Shown here: positions 1 through 12,200 of the stretch, one piece after another
How the letters are laid out: every line of letters starts with the position of its first letter
How positions within the stretch are numbered: the stretch's first letter is position 1
From: Dudresnaya verticillata
Taxonomy: Eukaryota
Direction of reading: 5' to 3'
DNA: 64,000 nt
Assembly: GCA_977862235.1 (NCBI GenBank)
Contig: OZ374557.1
Coordinates: forward strand, 3,224,001-3,288,000
Notes under the pieces: model-generated
The model's input: only the letters and a program-made list of their open reading frames with translations
Told to the model about the DNA's origin: nothing
Databases searched by the model: none
Translations under genes and position numbers: made by a program

Positions 1-2
1 AC

Positions 3-661
3 GAGTCCCCGGTCTTCTCGTCCGCCTCCCTCACCCTGCAAGCGCTCGCAATCGACGCCCCAGGCAACACCGTCCGCACCCGCTGGACCCTCGCCATGGC
101 CGCCAACCTGCCCGGCGCCCCGTTGTGTCGTTCATGGGACAAAGCGACTACGTTGTCGACCCCGCCTCTGGCAAGGTGGGCAGACATCTCGATTATTGGG
201 ACTCGCTTGATGGTAGCGCTTTCTTGTCGCTACCGGCCGTCCGTGACCTGCTGGCCCAGTGTATGCCCGGCCGCGTTACCCCAGCTGACCTAGGCGGCTT
301 TGAGCTACTCAGACGTACGCATATGGTGGAGGTGAGGCGCTTTGGGGATGACGGGAGTGGTGTTGCTCTTGAGAAGGACACGTGGCGAAGTGGCATATTG
401 CAATGGGCTATTGGGAGCCACTCTGGTAGAAGAAGAGAGGAGCGTGTTGTTAGTGTTGTCGCTGTTCGCACGCTGACGGGGCCGCCGTCATCCCAACTGG
501 TACTGGATTCCATCGAACGCGAGATGCGCGCGGAGCTGCAACGCGCTGGCTACGCGGAGCCGAGCCAAAACGCTTTTTATGTTTCAGCTATAATGCGCGG
601 CCGCCGCTTGCACGAATTTTGGGCTGAGCTTCAGCACGTGAGCACTGATGTGGAGTTCTAG
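3..661 (+). pseudogene. DUF2358 (NTF2/SnoaL-like) plus SOUL-like heme-binding protein, 5'-partial, with an apparent 1-bp frameshift at about 113
   Basis: Frame 3 reads ...NTVRTRWTLAMAANLP and frame 2 continues RPVVSFMGQSDYVVDPASGKVGRHLDYWDSL...FELLRRTHMVEVRRF. Adding one T at 113/114 gives LPWRP, matching the RWT..LPW.P...G.S.Y......G....H.D.WD pattern of DUF2358 followed by a SOUL-type 'ELLRR...EVRR' start. Could be a sequencing error in a functional gene. Confidence 0.65.
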
Positions 662-982
662 TGTCGATAACATTGTGCGGTGAAAGAGCAACTAGGCATC
701 GACTGTGGAAGAGGGATGGGCATTCGAAGCGTTCCCATTAAAGCGCATCTGAGGCGCGACAAGGGACGGGCATCATGAGAAGTTTTAAAACACTTTCATA
801 GTTGTTCAGAAGAACATTTTCTTCTTGCAAGCAGCGTTTACATGCCGCCGTCTGGGTATATTCATATCCTATTTTGTTTGCTGATGTCTCCTTTGAGTGA
901 GTCACACCCTCTTCGAAACTAAGCACTGCGAAGGACCCTTTCTATGTTGAAACCATTCTTTCTTGCCTCGCTATTCTGGTGC

Positions 983-1759
983 TCAACTCGGCGGCCTCTC
1001 GGGAAGATCTGATTGTGCTGCTGCGAGCAACGAAGAGTGAGACGGTATCCTTGACTGTTCTTCTTGAAGATCCAAAGCCTCCTCAAGACGTTCCATGCTG
1101 TGGTGAGACAGCTCCAGTCCAGCACCACCCGTTCCGCTGCTGTACACTGAGAACTCATCGTCACCATCGGTAACAAAATTCAGACGAACTTGCCCACGCC
1201 CGAAGAAATCCCTTTCTACATAATTTTCCAACATCGCTGCTTCTTCGTCTTCCACTATTGCTGCAAACAGGGTTGTGAATAGCGTATATGTCAGACCAAC
1301 TAGGAGTAAAGTGATCAACAAGATACCCTTCAGAATTCCACTTAGTTTCGTTACACTCCCTCCCACAAAGGAGGATGTCCCAAAGAGTCCAACCGAGCAT
1401 GTTGTTTGACAAGCCCCGTACAAACCGAGAATATTTGAAAGCGCTACAACTGATCGAGAGTCGTTTCGAGTTTCAGGAGTAACTTTCACTCCGACTGTCC
1501 TTCTTTGGTAAAGGCCACTCTCAAACGGCCGAGATAACTGGTGACCAAACGTCTTCCGTGGCCACGTATGATATGGGACGTTTTCAGAGCATTCGTCGGA
1601 CCGCGCCATAGCCACATCTCCCACTGTCAACCCGATGCTATAGCAAGTTTGTACTTCATTCACTTCTGAGCTATTGGATTCAGCTTGAGCCGTCACCGCA
1701 TTGTCAGACATCGCAGAAACGAGTTTGTTGCTCTCACTTAACGTTGTGATATCAACCAT
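983..1759 (-). CDS. Hypothetical protein with one predicted transmembrane helix (258 aa from the first ATG; the frame is open to 2332)
   Basis: Long open frame with a hydrophobic stretch ILKGILLITLLLVGLTYTLFTTLFAAIV followed by an acidic tail. No family recognised. Confidence 0.4.
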   Translation of the reverse strand: MVDITTLSESNKLVSAMSDNAVTAQAESNSSEVNEVQTCYSIGLTVGDVAMARSDECSENVPYHTWPRKTFGHQLSRPFESGLYQRRTVGVKVTPETRNDSRSVVALSNILGLYGACQTTCSVGLFGTSSFVGGSVTKLSGILKGILLITLLLVGLTYTLFTTLFAAIVEDEEAAMLENYVERDFFGRGQVRLNFVTDGDDEFSVYSSGTGGAGLELSHHSMERLEEALDLQEEQSRIPSHSSLLAAAQSDLPERPPS

Positions 1760-4395
1760 AACGAGGCGAGCACTGTCTGATTGATTCAGTCCCTGTACTC
1801 CGGATGAAATCGCGGGATGTGGTTGGACGCGGGGTTCTCGCGACAGGCGGCAGGTCGGCGACGACCACCCCTGCCAAACAGAGTTGTCTACTGTACCTCT
1901 CTTGCTCTCTCTCGCTCTCTTGAGAAGCGCAGGGGCGTGGCTGAGAAGGGGGCAGTACGCGCGCAGCAGTAGCACGGGGCGCGGAGAGCGGGCGCAGCGT
2001 CCTACCACTGCAGCACAGCACAGCGCAGCCCGTGGTGCATCAGGTGCGCTCAGGACTGTGGAGCAAGCGGCCGTTTCAGCAGCGACAGATGGCTCTGCGG
2101 GTGTCCGCGTCGCCTGCCTCGGGCGCGGCGGAACCTCAGGGATGCGATGTGTTGCGAGTGTGTGTGGTGCGCTTTGCGGAGGGCATAAACATCGCGGCTC
2201 CGCGGCAACGAGAATAGCAAGGCGTCCTTCACGTGTTGACCTTGCAAGTTGCTGCAGGCACCCGTGCCTGCAGGGCCGGGGGGACTGAAGCGAAGACAAA
2301 GCCCAGTTCGAATTGAAATTCACCACATACAACCGTATCCTTCGCCGAAGACGCTCCCCTCACTGCTGTTTCCACCGGTATGGATGCCATTCTCTACGTC
2401 CCAGACCTGCTCCAGTTCGCGGACCAGTTCAGACCTTTCCGTACTGGGCTGCCGCCACGCGGCACGCACGCCCAACCACAGCGGGCGTCTCCTCAATAAG
2501 CCGTAGAGAGGACGGAACTGATGCCGGGGAAATCCCGTACACAGCTAGCAGTAGCCGTAGTACCCATTAAACAACAGTGATGGGCACTCACAATGGCACC
2601 ATGCTGTGATAAGGTCGCCCAAAAGTCTCCTTGACCGGAAACGCAGCAGAGTTGACGGGTTGTTCCCGTCTCTTAAACACCTTCATACCGCCACTTAAAA
2701 CCTGGTGGAGAGCAAACACTCGCGATTTCTTCCCTCTCCAGGTGGTGTTCAGCCGAAGCCGCCCCACGGGCACAACAGCAAGCTGCTTAACTTCGACTCG
2801 TTGGAGGAGTCGTCTAGATAGTAGCGGTGTAGCAGGCCTCGAACTGTCCCGCAGCGTGGGACACTAGTCGCCGTGCCCGTCGTAGACGGCGAGAAAGGCG
2901 CCGGGGAAGTCGCCAAAGCCAGTGATGGTGAATGAATACATCGTCAGGCGTTTTTGCAGTGCGAGCCTTGCATTAGAATTACGGGGCGGTAGAAGGCTTT
3001 CGAATCGGCCAGATTTTGTTTCCTCGGGAGATCATCTCCCCAGATGATCTGCGGGGAGACCATACCAGGCTTGCCTGGCCCGTTGCCAATATCTCGCGAT
3101 CCAGCAGACACTGTTTTATTTGCGAAGGGGACCTGCTTTTGAGGGCTGTCGCGAGGCCAAAATCACGAGATTTGCGGCTTCTTAGACTTAGAATATTTCG
3201 CAATCCGTGCCTTCCCAGGACTCCTACTGTACCAGTACCAGTGGGACAAGGAATTACCGTTGTAGTGAATCCCCTCGTCCCTCGTGCGCCCTCACGCGGG
3301 AAAGAGGTGTGCCGATGCAGCGCGCTCCGGTCGCCGGGCTCGCGGCCCTGCTCACCCTGCTCGCCCTACTGCTGCTGGAAACCCCGCGCCTTGAACGACT
3401 GCTTTCACGGATGTAGTCAAGGCCGGGTGGCTGGGATGGCGAGGCCCGGGCCGAAATGGGTAAAGCAAACCGCCGCCACAAATGAAACGCAGAGTAATTG
3501 GCAAGAGGATCTGGATCTGGGTTGTGTGAAATCGCGATCAGCGTGCTCGCAATCTCCAAAAGGGCCAAAAAGGCTGCCCTGTTTGCTCTCCATCTCCCCT
3601 CCGCTCCATCGTGGCAGCGCGACCGTCCTCTTCCCAGTTCATCCACGCCACCAACTCTAAACCCAGCCCGTGGGGAGGACACAGGTAGTTCTAGCACTAA
3701 CCGCAACAGCACCAGAACACCCGTAGAAGGTCATGCAATCGGCAGTCGCTGTGATATCCGAGCGGCTCCGTCACGCTAGGGGCTGCGATGCCCCAACCTG
3801 CACCGCATGCACTGCGATCACTCTCCTGCAGCGATTCCCTCTCTCGACTCCGCAGGTATCTAGTTCTCCGCAAGATATTGGAATTCTGCTGATATTTGCT
3901 ATGCATTTGTACCTTGGTGTGCGATTCGTAACACAAGCACTGTTTGCCAAAGAGAGTCAGGAGACCGGCTGCGCAGTGCTGGATAATGAAACGAGGCACT
4001 TTCCACTATTCCAGAAAGGTTGATGTGTTGTGTATTAACCAAGACAGAGTCTGGTTAGTCCCATTACAAACTGCACCTGTGCCGCTGCTAACAATGCCAG
4101 CATTCCCTGTGAATGCAATGTTACAGCTAAAAGTGCCTGGAACAGACTGGAAGCTGCCAAGGTACAGTACAGGATCTTGTCGTCAATGTTCCCTACAAAT
4201 GTAAGGATGAACCCTTTCAATAATCTTCAAATCCTCGCTTATCTTTTTCTTTATCCTTTTAATTTCTTCCTTGTTTCTCTGCGACATGCTCTGTCAGATG
4301 CCAAGTCTACTTGAGCACAACTGTCGGGATTGCGTTGAATGGTACGTTACCGCAAGCATATGTCATCCAATGTCTCCGTGATATCTCATGAATTC

Positions 4396-5684
4396 TTAAC
4401 TGCCCTCGCGACTGTTCCCACGCCCTCTTCCTCTGCCAGCAGGTAGGTGCCTTCTTCCCCGCTTTGTGACACCATCTATGCGTGTGCCACGTGGTCCAGC
4501 ATGAAGGCCACTTGGTGGTACGGCCGGCCTTCGCGTCGGTGCTTCCCGTCTCGTGGGGACCGCATTACCTTCCGAAACTGTACGCTGTGCTGCACCGCAT
4601 GTTGTTCTGTTTCCTTGACTGTTCCATATACCGGCTGAACCGTCATATGCAGCCCGCACTTCCATCTTTCTGCTTCCGTTTCGGGGTACAGCTGCAAATG
4701 TTGCAGGAAAATGACGCGCTGCATACTGGTGCTGCTCAGGGAGGTCCGGTACCCGACTCGCAGCAGAAGGCCCGGCAATAACTGAATTGTTTGGCGCGTT
4801 CCACGCACGAGAAGGGGCGGTTCCAACCCGCAATGTGAGTTCATTTCCAGCAGCGTCTCCTCTCGGGTCCTCCACTGACTTATGTATGTCATTGTCGTTT
4901 CTTTCTTGGTGTGTATGAAAGCCATTCACGGGATAGTAGGGAACATTTCTTACGGGGCTGCATTGTATTTCGCTGAATGGCGCGATACGTACAGAGAACT
5001 CCGGGGATATCCTGCAATCGTCACGCAGTTCGCAGCCGTCCTCGTCGTCTTCGGCATGTCTGGCGACCTGTTCTGCATGTGAGTTACCATCCACTCCACG
5101 AGACCCCTCAAACGCCTGCTCGTTGCCTACCTCAGCGTCGACGACCTTCTGCTCAACTCTTTCCTTCCTTCGCGTTTTCGTAATTGTCTTCAAGCGCTCT
5201 GAGATGATCATTTCCAGCGCCCAGTTCCCGGCTGACTGGTGGAAATGACGCAACTGAGGATGCACACCAGCCTGACTCATAACCTTGTCGAAACGTGAGC
5301 GATGCCGATCACGTACGCCCTCGAAAGTGACATTTCCGACGAGCTCTGACATGTGCCGGTGCATGATAGGTTCAAGAATGCGGACAGCATCCTTGTTTAT
5401 CCTTTCATTCGAAAGATGCTCTGGAAAAGGAACATGCTTCTTCAAGCCATCCGGTATGGCCTTTTTTCAACGTCAATTTGCTGGGGAAGGCGTTTCGCAG
5501 CGTCGCGACAACGTCCGATGTCTTTCTGAGTTGGTTTTGGAACAGGGTATATGAATGATGAAGGGTTCTGCCCGCGAATGAAAACACCCAAACTCTCTGT
5601 GTCTTTCTTTACAGATAGCATGCATCTTTCCAGAGAATCAAAGCGACGGTTCAGAGCTTGCAATACGTCGCGAGACATAGCCAT
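4396..5684 (-). pseudogene. Probable accessory ORF of the CACTA-like transposon, divergent to the transposase, frameshifted near 5460
   Basis: ORFs 5442-5684 (coiled-coil-like LQALNRRFDSLERCMLSVKKD) and 4396-5445 abut across a T-run at about 5462-5467. Head-to-head with the transposase about 280 bp away. The assignment rests on position only. Confidence 0.4.
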
Positions 5685-5965
5685 CGTGACGGAAGACTTC
5701 GGGTCTTCTGTGAAGAAAATCGTGCTTCTGGACTGCGGCCCATCCGGGGAATTGGACGACTATTAAACGTGGAAAGGAAAGAATCAACCGAAAGGAATGT
5801 TCGCTTCGGTCAGATTGCGAAATCAAGAGCTACCTATCCCTGTACATAACGTGGAAATGCAAAGTTGAGCCACCCCCTCAGGGACGACGTTGTGAACCCC
5901 CAGCTTTGCATCGAGACGCCCTCGAGCACCGCGTGGTCATTTTGACGATCCAAAACTGGAACGGA

Positions 5966-8039
5966 ATGCCACCGCCTCGATACGCATGTCCGCCATGGTT
6001 CGAATGCGTATGCGGTGGGAAACCGGTATCTCGCTCGACGATGCTGAACCATCGACGTCGCGCTAATCAAAGACGACAAGAAATGGGAAGGGGCTCTTTT
6101 AGATGGGGTCCTCGATTTACTGACCCACGAGCGACAATTTTCCACTTCTCTAGTAGGGACGGACTTGAAGGCCATGCAACGGAAGAAGATGCTGAGTCTA
6201 GTCCCGAACAAGCTTGCCGTGAAGTATCTGTTGGCACCCCCACCAGATTCATCGATCATGGCGCCACTACTCGTGACTCGACGGTTCACATACCTACTGT
6301 GTCTTCCGAGTCTACATTATGTGTCACCCCTTCAGCCCCTGTGGTTCCGCTCCAGGGTTTAGAACTCGCCCCAGGCACGGTAACAGAAGAATATTCCGCT
6401 GCAGCACATGCAGTACGAGGTCTTGCTCCGCCAGCAAGAAACGTGGTAGCACTTGTCTTGCCAAGTCTAGAGCCAGCATGTGTTGGCTCCGCGGTACCGT
6501 CCGATGCAGGCTCACTTGTTGAGCCGAATGACCTCGGAGAGGAAGGGTGGTCAGCTAGAAGGAGCGCCACTATTTCTGCAATCTTCAGAACTTGATGTTC
6601 TTGGGCGGCAATATCAGCACCTACCAATTGGACCATCAAGAATTCCTCAGCTACTTCAGTGGCTACATGAGCATCAGTCATGGGTTTCCCTTTTCGAGCA
6701 GCACGGCCTCGAGTATACGGTTATGAGTGGCACTCTAAAAATCTTGAACGCCCCATTCAAGACATGGAAGACTGCTGTATCAAACATTCGCCGCTGGTCT
6801 GGCATTGGCGACTCTATAGTTGAGCTTCAAACTTGCCCCGGTCACATGTGTTTTGCAGAACTTGATTGTGAGGAACCGCAGGGCTCCTGTCATGTTTGCA
6901 ACGCCCCACGTGCACAAGACCCAACAGCATCTGTGGGATATATTCCTGTGCTTCCGAGGATACGCCAAATGGCTGTGAATGACAAATGTTGCCGATCACT
7001 CTACGATTATCGTTCTACACGAGAGGCAAACCCTGACACCAAATCTGATTACTTTGACGGAGATGCGTACAAACGGCTAAAGAATCGAAACGGCGGTGAG
7101 CAAGGGCTCAAATTTGATGTATTCATTGCGGCCTCCACAGATGGGTTTCAGGCCTTCCGAAACCAGTCGACGGATGTCTGGCCTTTTGTCGCTGTAATAT
7201 TGAACCTTCCGCCCTGGCAACGCTACCTGAAGCGCAATTTACTGCCAATGTTGTTCACAGAAGATGGATGCCAGCCTGCTGATGTTGAGTCTTACCTTAT
7301 TCCTCTCCTGAAGGAGGTTATGGACTCTCACAAAGACGGTGGCCACTTGATGCGTTTTTCTGACGGCATTGAGAGACGAGTGCGTATCCATCTCGCCTGG
7401 ATATCTACAGATCTTGCTGCTCTTATCAACCTGTCGGGTACAACGGGGCATAACGGTTGTTGTACGTGCCGTTTTTGTACTATATCTGGTGTGTACCAGG
7501 GGCACTACTACTTTCCCAGTTGGATTTGGTTGGACAACGGCAGACGTCGGCGGAGGTTCTACAATCCCCGCAATCTTCCCCAAAGATCTTTGGCTGCGAC
7601 ACACGAGATCTTTAAGGACCTTGATGATTCCCAGAGCCAGGTGGAAGTTAACAGAATCGGAAGGCAAACTGGTATCAAACGGCGCTCTCGGCTGTTATAC
7701 TATGAAGACCTTCAGCCCTTCGGGGCATTTCCTCCCGATATTATGCACGTCTTCTACAATGTGCAAAGAGATCTCTTGGATTACATCAAGTCAGGCATGT
7801 TTAGCGACGAGTTTGTTCTATCAAAGTACACCCTTCAAGTGCTAGATGAGGAACTCGTCTCCGCTTTTGGAACGGGGTTTCACGGCAGATTACCGAGAGG
7901 CCAAGACCACTCAGCAACTCGAGGTCGTGGAAATCAGCTGAACACAGAGACTTTACGTTACTATTCTGTCTCCTTATATTTCATGGCCACCTGCCGGAGT
8001 CGTTTCTTGATACCCTCGAACAGTTTGTTGCATTGGCAG
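5966..8039 (+). pseudogene. CACTA/EnSpm (CMC superfamily) transposase, 5' part (Transposase_21-like), frameshifted and interrupted by a copia solo LTR
   Basis: N-terminal C..C-C...H motif; STDGFQAF...STDVWP...ILNLPPWQRY; TDLAA...GHNGCCTCRFC; PDIMH. After a frameshift at about 7877 the frame reads RPRPLSNSRSWKSAEHRDF...LEQFVALA up to TSD GGCAG. Confidence 0.8.
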
Positions 8040-8714
8040 TGTTGAGGACATGGTCGCTGGCGCCTCACGTCACGGGTCAGGTACCCCAGATGGTACCCTG
8101 GCACGCTTTCAGCAAACCTTCCGGAGACGACAGCCCTTTTTCCGGGCTTCCAAAATCACGGCGCATTTAGGCCTTTTGCAAAAGCAACGTGAAACGGGCT
8201 TCTGATTGGTTGTTACAAACCGCCTCCATGGTCTATGAAAGGAATATGGAGAGGTTGAAGTTGAACAAGATGAGAAATGGAAGTCGCTTGACTTCGTTTA
8301 CTGCAGTCGACCATCCGACATGGCTTATATCAGCTTTTCGGATGAGTTGCTGCGTGAACACAAACAAAACAAATCATTAAAGAAACGCCCAAAATCCCTA
8401 TCATCAAATGGGCGGGAAAAAGTAAAACAATTAAATCTACCAAATCATACTCTCAGCACACTCACATCCGCCACCAAAATGGGCGGGAACTTGCACACCA
8501 GTGTTGCTAACTGCTGACATCAGCAATCCCTCTTGCGACCGCATTTCCTGCCATCCATATGTACTCCAACTTTGGGCGGGAACTCGAAAGTATCGAGTGT
8601 CCCCGCATGACTGCTGTCGGACAACACTGCATACCACGTGGCCGCACTTACGAGCTGAAGTCCGTCCATGAATATCCAACTTGGATCATTGACCACGTAA
8701 TCACCCAGATTTGC

Positions 8715-8795
8715 CTACGTGGCAGCTGTAAACCAACGTGTCGGCCGCACGACACCTACGTGGCAACTGTAAACCAACGTGTCGGCCGCACGACA
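8715..8795. repeat. 41-bp tandem repeat inside the LTR (2 copies here, 3 in the 1033-bp LTRs, 4 at 44586-44749)
   Basis: Unit CTACGTGGCARCTGTAAACCAACGTGTCGGCCGCACGACAS. Copy number accounts for the 991/1033/1074 LTR length classes. Confidence 0.92.
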
Positions 8796-9220
8796 ACTGC
8801 ATCTGCTGATATCACAAGCCAGGCTCCACGTAGCGCAAGTCCCTGCAGTACCAACTCAGACGCCATCAGCACATTGCATGGCACGTTCATATGTACTTGT
8901 GGAGTACAGTGCGCGTCATACCAGTACCATTCCATGCCATACCACGTGCATCCATGTGGTCCAATCAGATCGTTCCACTTGGCCGTTCCTGTTATAACCG
9001 CCAATTCCAGCACAACACTTGTAAGCCATATAGACCATGGAGGCGGTTTGTAACAACCAATCAGAAGCCCGTTTCACGTTGCTTTTGCAAAAGGCCTAAA
9101 TGCGCCGTGATTTTGGAAGCCCGGAAAAAGGGCTGTCGTCTCCGGAAGGTTTGGTGAAAGCGTGCCAGGGTACCATCTGGGGTACCTGACCCGTGACGTG
9201 AGGCGCCAGCGACCATGTCC

Positions 9221-12200
9221 TCAACACTCCTCCTCGATGGCTCCTCCAAGTCCAACCCTTGGTAGAATCCTATTGAGCAAAGTGGGCCCGAGTGGCTTTG
9301 TCAGCAAGTCCGCGTCGTTGTCTTCTGACGGCACATACACCACTTCCAGAACAGAGTCGGCGACAAGTTCGCGAATGAAGTGTACACGAACGTCGATGTG
9401 CTTGGCACGACCAGACGGACAGCGTTCTCCAGTAGCCCAATTGATGGCAGACTGGTTGTCTGATCTCAATGGAACCGGGCCTTCGACGTTCAAATCGGCC
9501 TCCTTCAGCACTCGCGTGACCCAAACCGTCTCTTTCGCAGCCAGAGTCATTGCATAGTACTCCGACTCGCAAGTTGAGAGAGCAACAGTTGACTGCTTCT
9601 TGGATCCCCAAATACACACTGCATCTCCCAGTTTCACCATGTAACCAGACATAGATTTTCGGTCTGTGGTGTCACCGGCATAGTCAGCGTCCACATAAGC
9701 TTGGATACGAGTGCTTCCGGACTGGTACGTAACTCCATGCTTGTGAGTGCCTCGAAGATATCGCAGAACCCTCTTTACACCACGGTGACAGTACGCAGTT
9801 GGAGCCTTCTGGAACCGTGCGAGGATAAGCACAGAGGCCAAAATATCCAGCCTTGTGCGAAGCCCCAAGTACAGAAGTGACCCGATCATCTGCTGGTACG
9901 TCTCAACCGACACGACGGCCTTGTCCTCTTCGGCGGCAAGTCCAGTGAAGAAAGACTCAACCATCGGCGTACAAGCCGGCTTAGAGTTCTGAAGTCCAAA
10001 TCGACGAAGAACACTTTCCGTGTAGACCTGTTGAGTCATCTTGAGGGACACAAATCTGCCATCAGAGTCTAGCTTCCATCCAAGCTCGACTCCGAGGAAG
10101 AGGTCAACCCCTTCAGACAGCCGTAGATCGTAGAGGCCCTGCAGTTCCTTAACAATGGCGTCTCTCTCCGCCTTTGTGGGTGCGAGGATGAGCAAGTCAT
10201 CAACGTACACCAAGATGTATGCGTATCCAGAAGACTTGGATTTGCGACGAAACACGCAAGGTGCACTTGGCAATTCCTCAAACATCATCCTAGCAAGGTC
10301 ACCACACAGCTTGGTGTGCCAAGCTAGGTGAGCCTGTTTTAGCCCATACATAGCCTTCAGAAGTTTGTAACAGAGAGATTCCCTTCCAGGAATCCCACGC
10401 GGTGACATTACCCACACGTGTTCTGCCAGATCACCATTCAGGAAAGCCGTCTTCACGTCTAGCTGTGCAACAAACAGGTTCAAACACAGTACCAAGTATA
10501 GGAACATGCGCACCAGCGAGAACGACACAACTGGGGCGTATGTTTCCATGTAGTCTTCACCATACGTCTGGAAGTTTCCACCAGCGACGACCCGCGCTTT
10601 GAAGCGCTCGACCGTCCCGTCGGACTTGCGTTTAACTTTCAGCACGGCGTGCGTTGGAAGCGGCTGTGCACCGGGACTGTCATCACGGACCCAAGTGCCT
10701 TTGGATTCCAAGGATGCGAACTCATCATCAATGGCAGATTGCCACAACCCGCGCTCCTCCGGAGTGGCAGACATGGCCTCTCGAAGAGTGGGCTCATCTC
10801 CCGTTGTGAGGGCAACCTGTTGTTCAGCTTGTGCAGAGCTCGCCATAAACCATTTCGACGTCTGGCGACGTTGGCGACGAGGATATCGACTCTGTTGCTG
10901 GCGTTCTGGATCTGAACTCACACCAGCCGGAGGACTGTCAGAGACGTTTTCTTCCTCAGCCGTGTCATCAGATTCGAATGAGCTGGGTTCTGATGGAGGT
11001 AGTGGAGGTGAAGAAGGTGTGTCAACTTCAATCGCATCCTCTTCATCCTCAAAGTTACCCAGCGACACATCGTCATCAGAGTCCGAGTTGAAAATAGAGG
11101 CCTCTGAGTTAGACTCGTAATCTTCATCCGAATCTGCCTCGTCGTGCCCATATTCCAACAGGCTTGGAGCACCCGGGAATTTGGACTCGTCGAATGTGAC
11201 ATGCCGCGACTCAACCACACGAGGTATACCGTCACCGCCAGTGACCAATATCCTGTAGATCCCATGCTCTAGAGTCTCCAAGTGCACCCCCTCAAGTGCA
11301 CGAGACTCGAACTTGGATCCGCGTGGGAGCCTTAGGACATATGCAGCACATCCAAACACTCTTAAATGTTTTAAATCAGGAACATCACCTGTCATGACCG
11401 AGTATGGCGTAGCCCCAACGGTTGAGTGTGGTACCCGATTGCGCACGTAGTTGACATGCTTCAGTGCAAACGGCCACAAACATCCCGGTAGATCAGCCTG
11501 GATCAGCAAAGTCAGGGCAGCTTCCACCATGGTTCGGTTCACCCTTTCCGCGATTCCATTGAGCTCCGGAGTATAAGGTGGGGAGAAGGATTTGCCACTG
11601 TCTCCAACTCCTCCCAAATCTTTCTGCAAAGCCAAATACTCCTGAGCCCCGTCTGAGTGGAGTTTTGTTATTTCCGCTCCTCCAAGCTCGATAAACTTTG
11701 CTGAAGCTTGATCAAATGCTGCACTCAACATACGGCGACTTCTCATACATGCGACGACCAAGAAACGGGATTTGTCATCCAGAAACGTCGTGGCATACCG
11801 GAAACGATCGGGAAAGGAGATCTGGATTGGACCCACAATGTCGGAATGCACGAGATCACCGACAGCTTTGGCCAGGCGGAAGTGCCCTGGGAATGATTGT
11901 TTGTGTGCTTTCCCAAGTCTACAAGCCCGACACACTTCATGAGTGGAGCCCAACTCCGGAACACCCTCAACATGCTCGTGCACTTTGGCCAAGTCCCGAA
12001 AATTAATGTGGGCAAGACGTCGATGCCAGAGCTCAGTAGTTTGCTGCGTGCTGGGGACAGCCAGTACTTGCTCCTCCGAAGTGTGCGGCTCGGGTTCTGG
12101 TAGCATGTACATTCCAGAACTCGCATCGCGAACATCGGATCCAATATAGTACCCATCAGAGTCGAGTACCAAGCGCACGTCCAAGCGGCGAAAGTGGGAT

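Noticed and set aside
3016..4220. Overlapping 60-214 aa ORFs, including a signal-peptide-like MQRAPVAGLAALLTLLALLLL
   Set aside because: No recognisable domain, mostly non-ATG starts and early stops; a gene call cannot be supported.
8715..8795. 41-bp and 20-bp repeats as a possible CRISPR array
   Set aside because: The units are directly adjacent with no unique spacers, there are no cas genes, and the context is a eukaryotic LTR.
8320..9157. Many 60-164 aa ORFs recurring in every LTR (e.g. MYSNFGRE..., MLELAVIT...)
   Set aside because: They recur only because the LTRs are near-identical. The frames change with 41-bp repeat number and no protein motif is recognisable.
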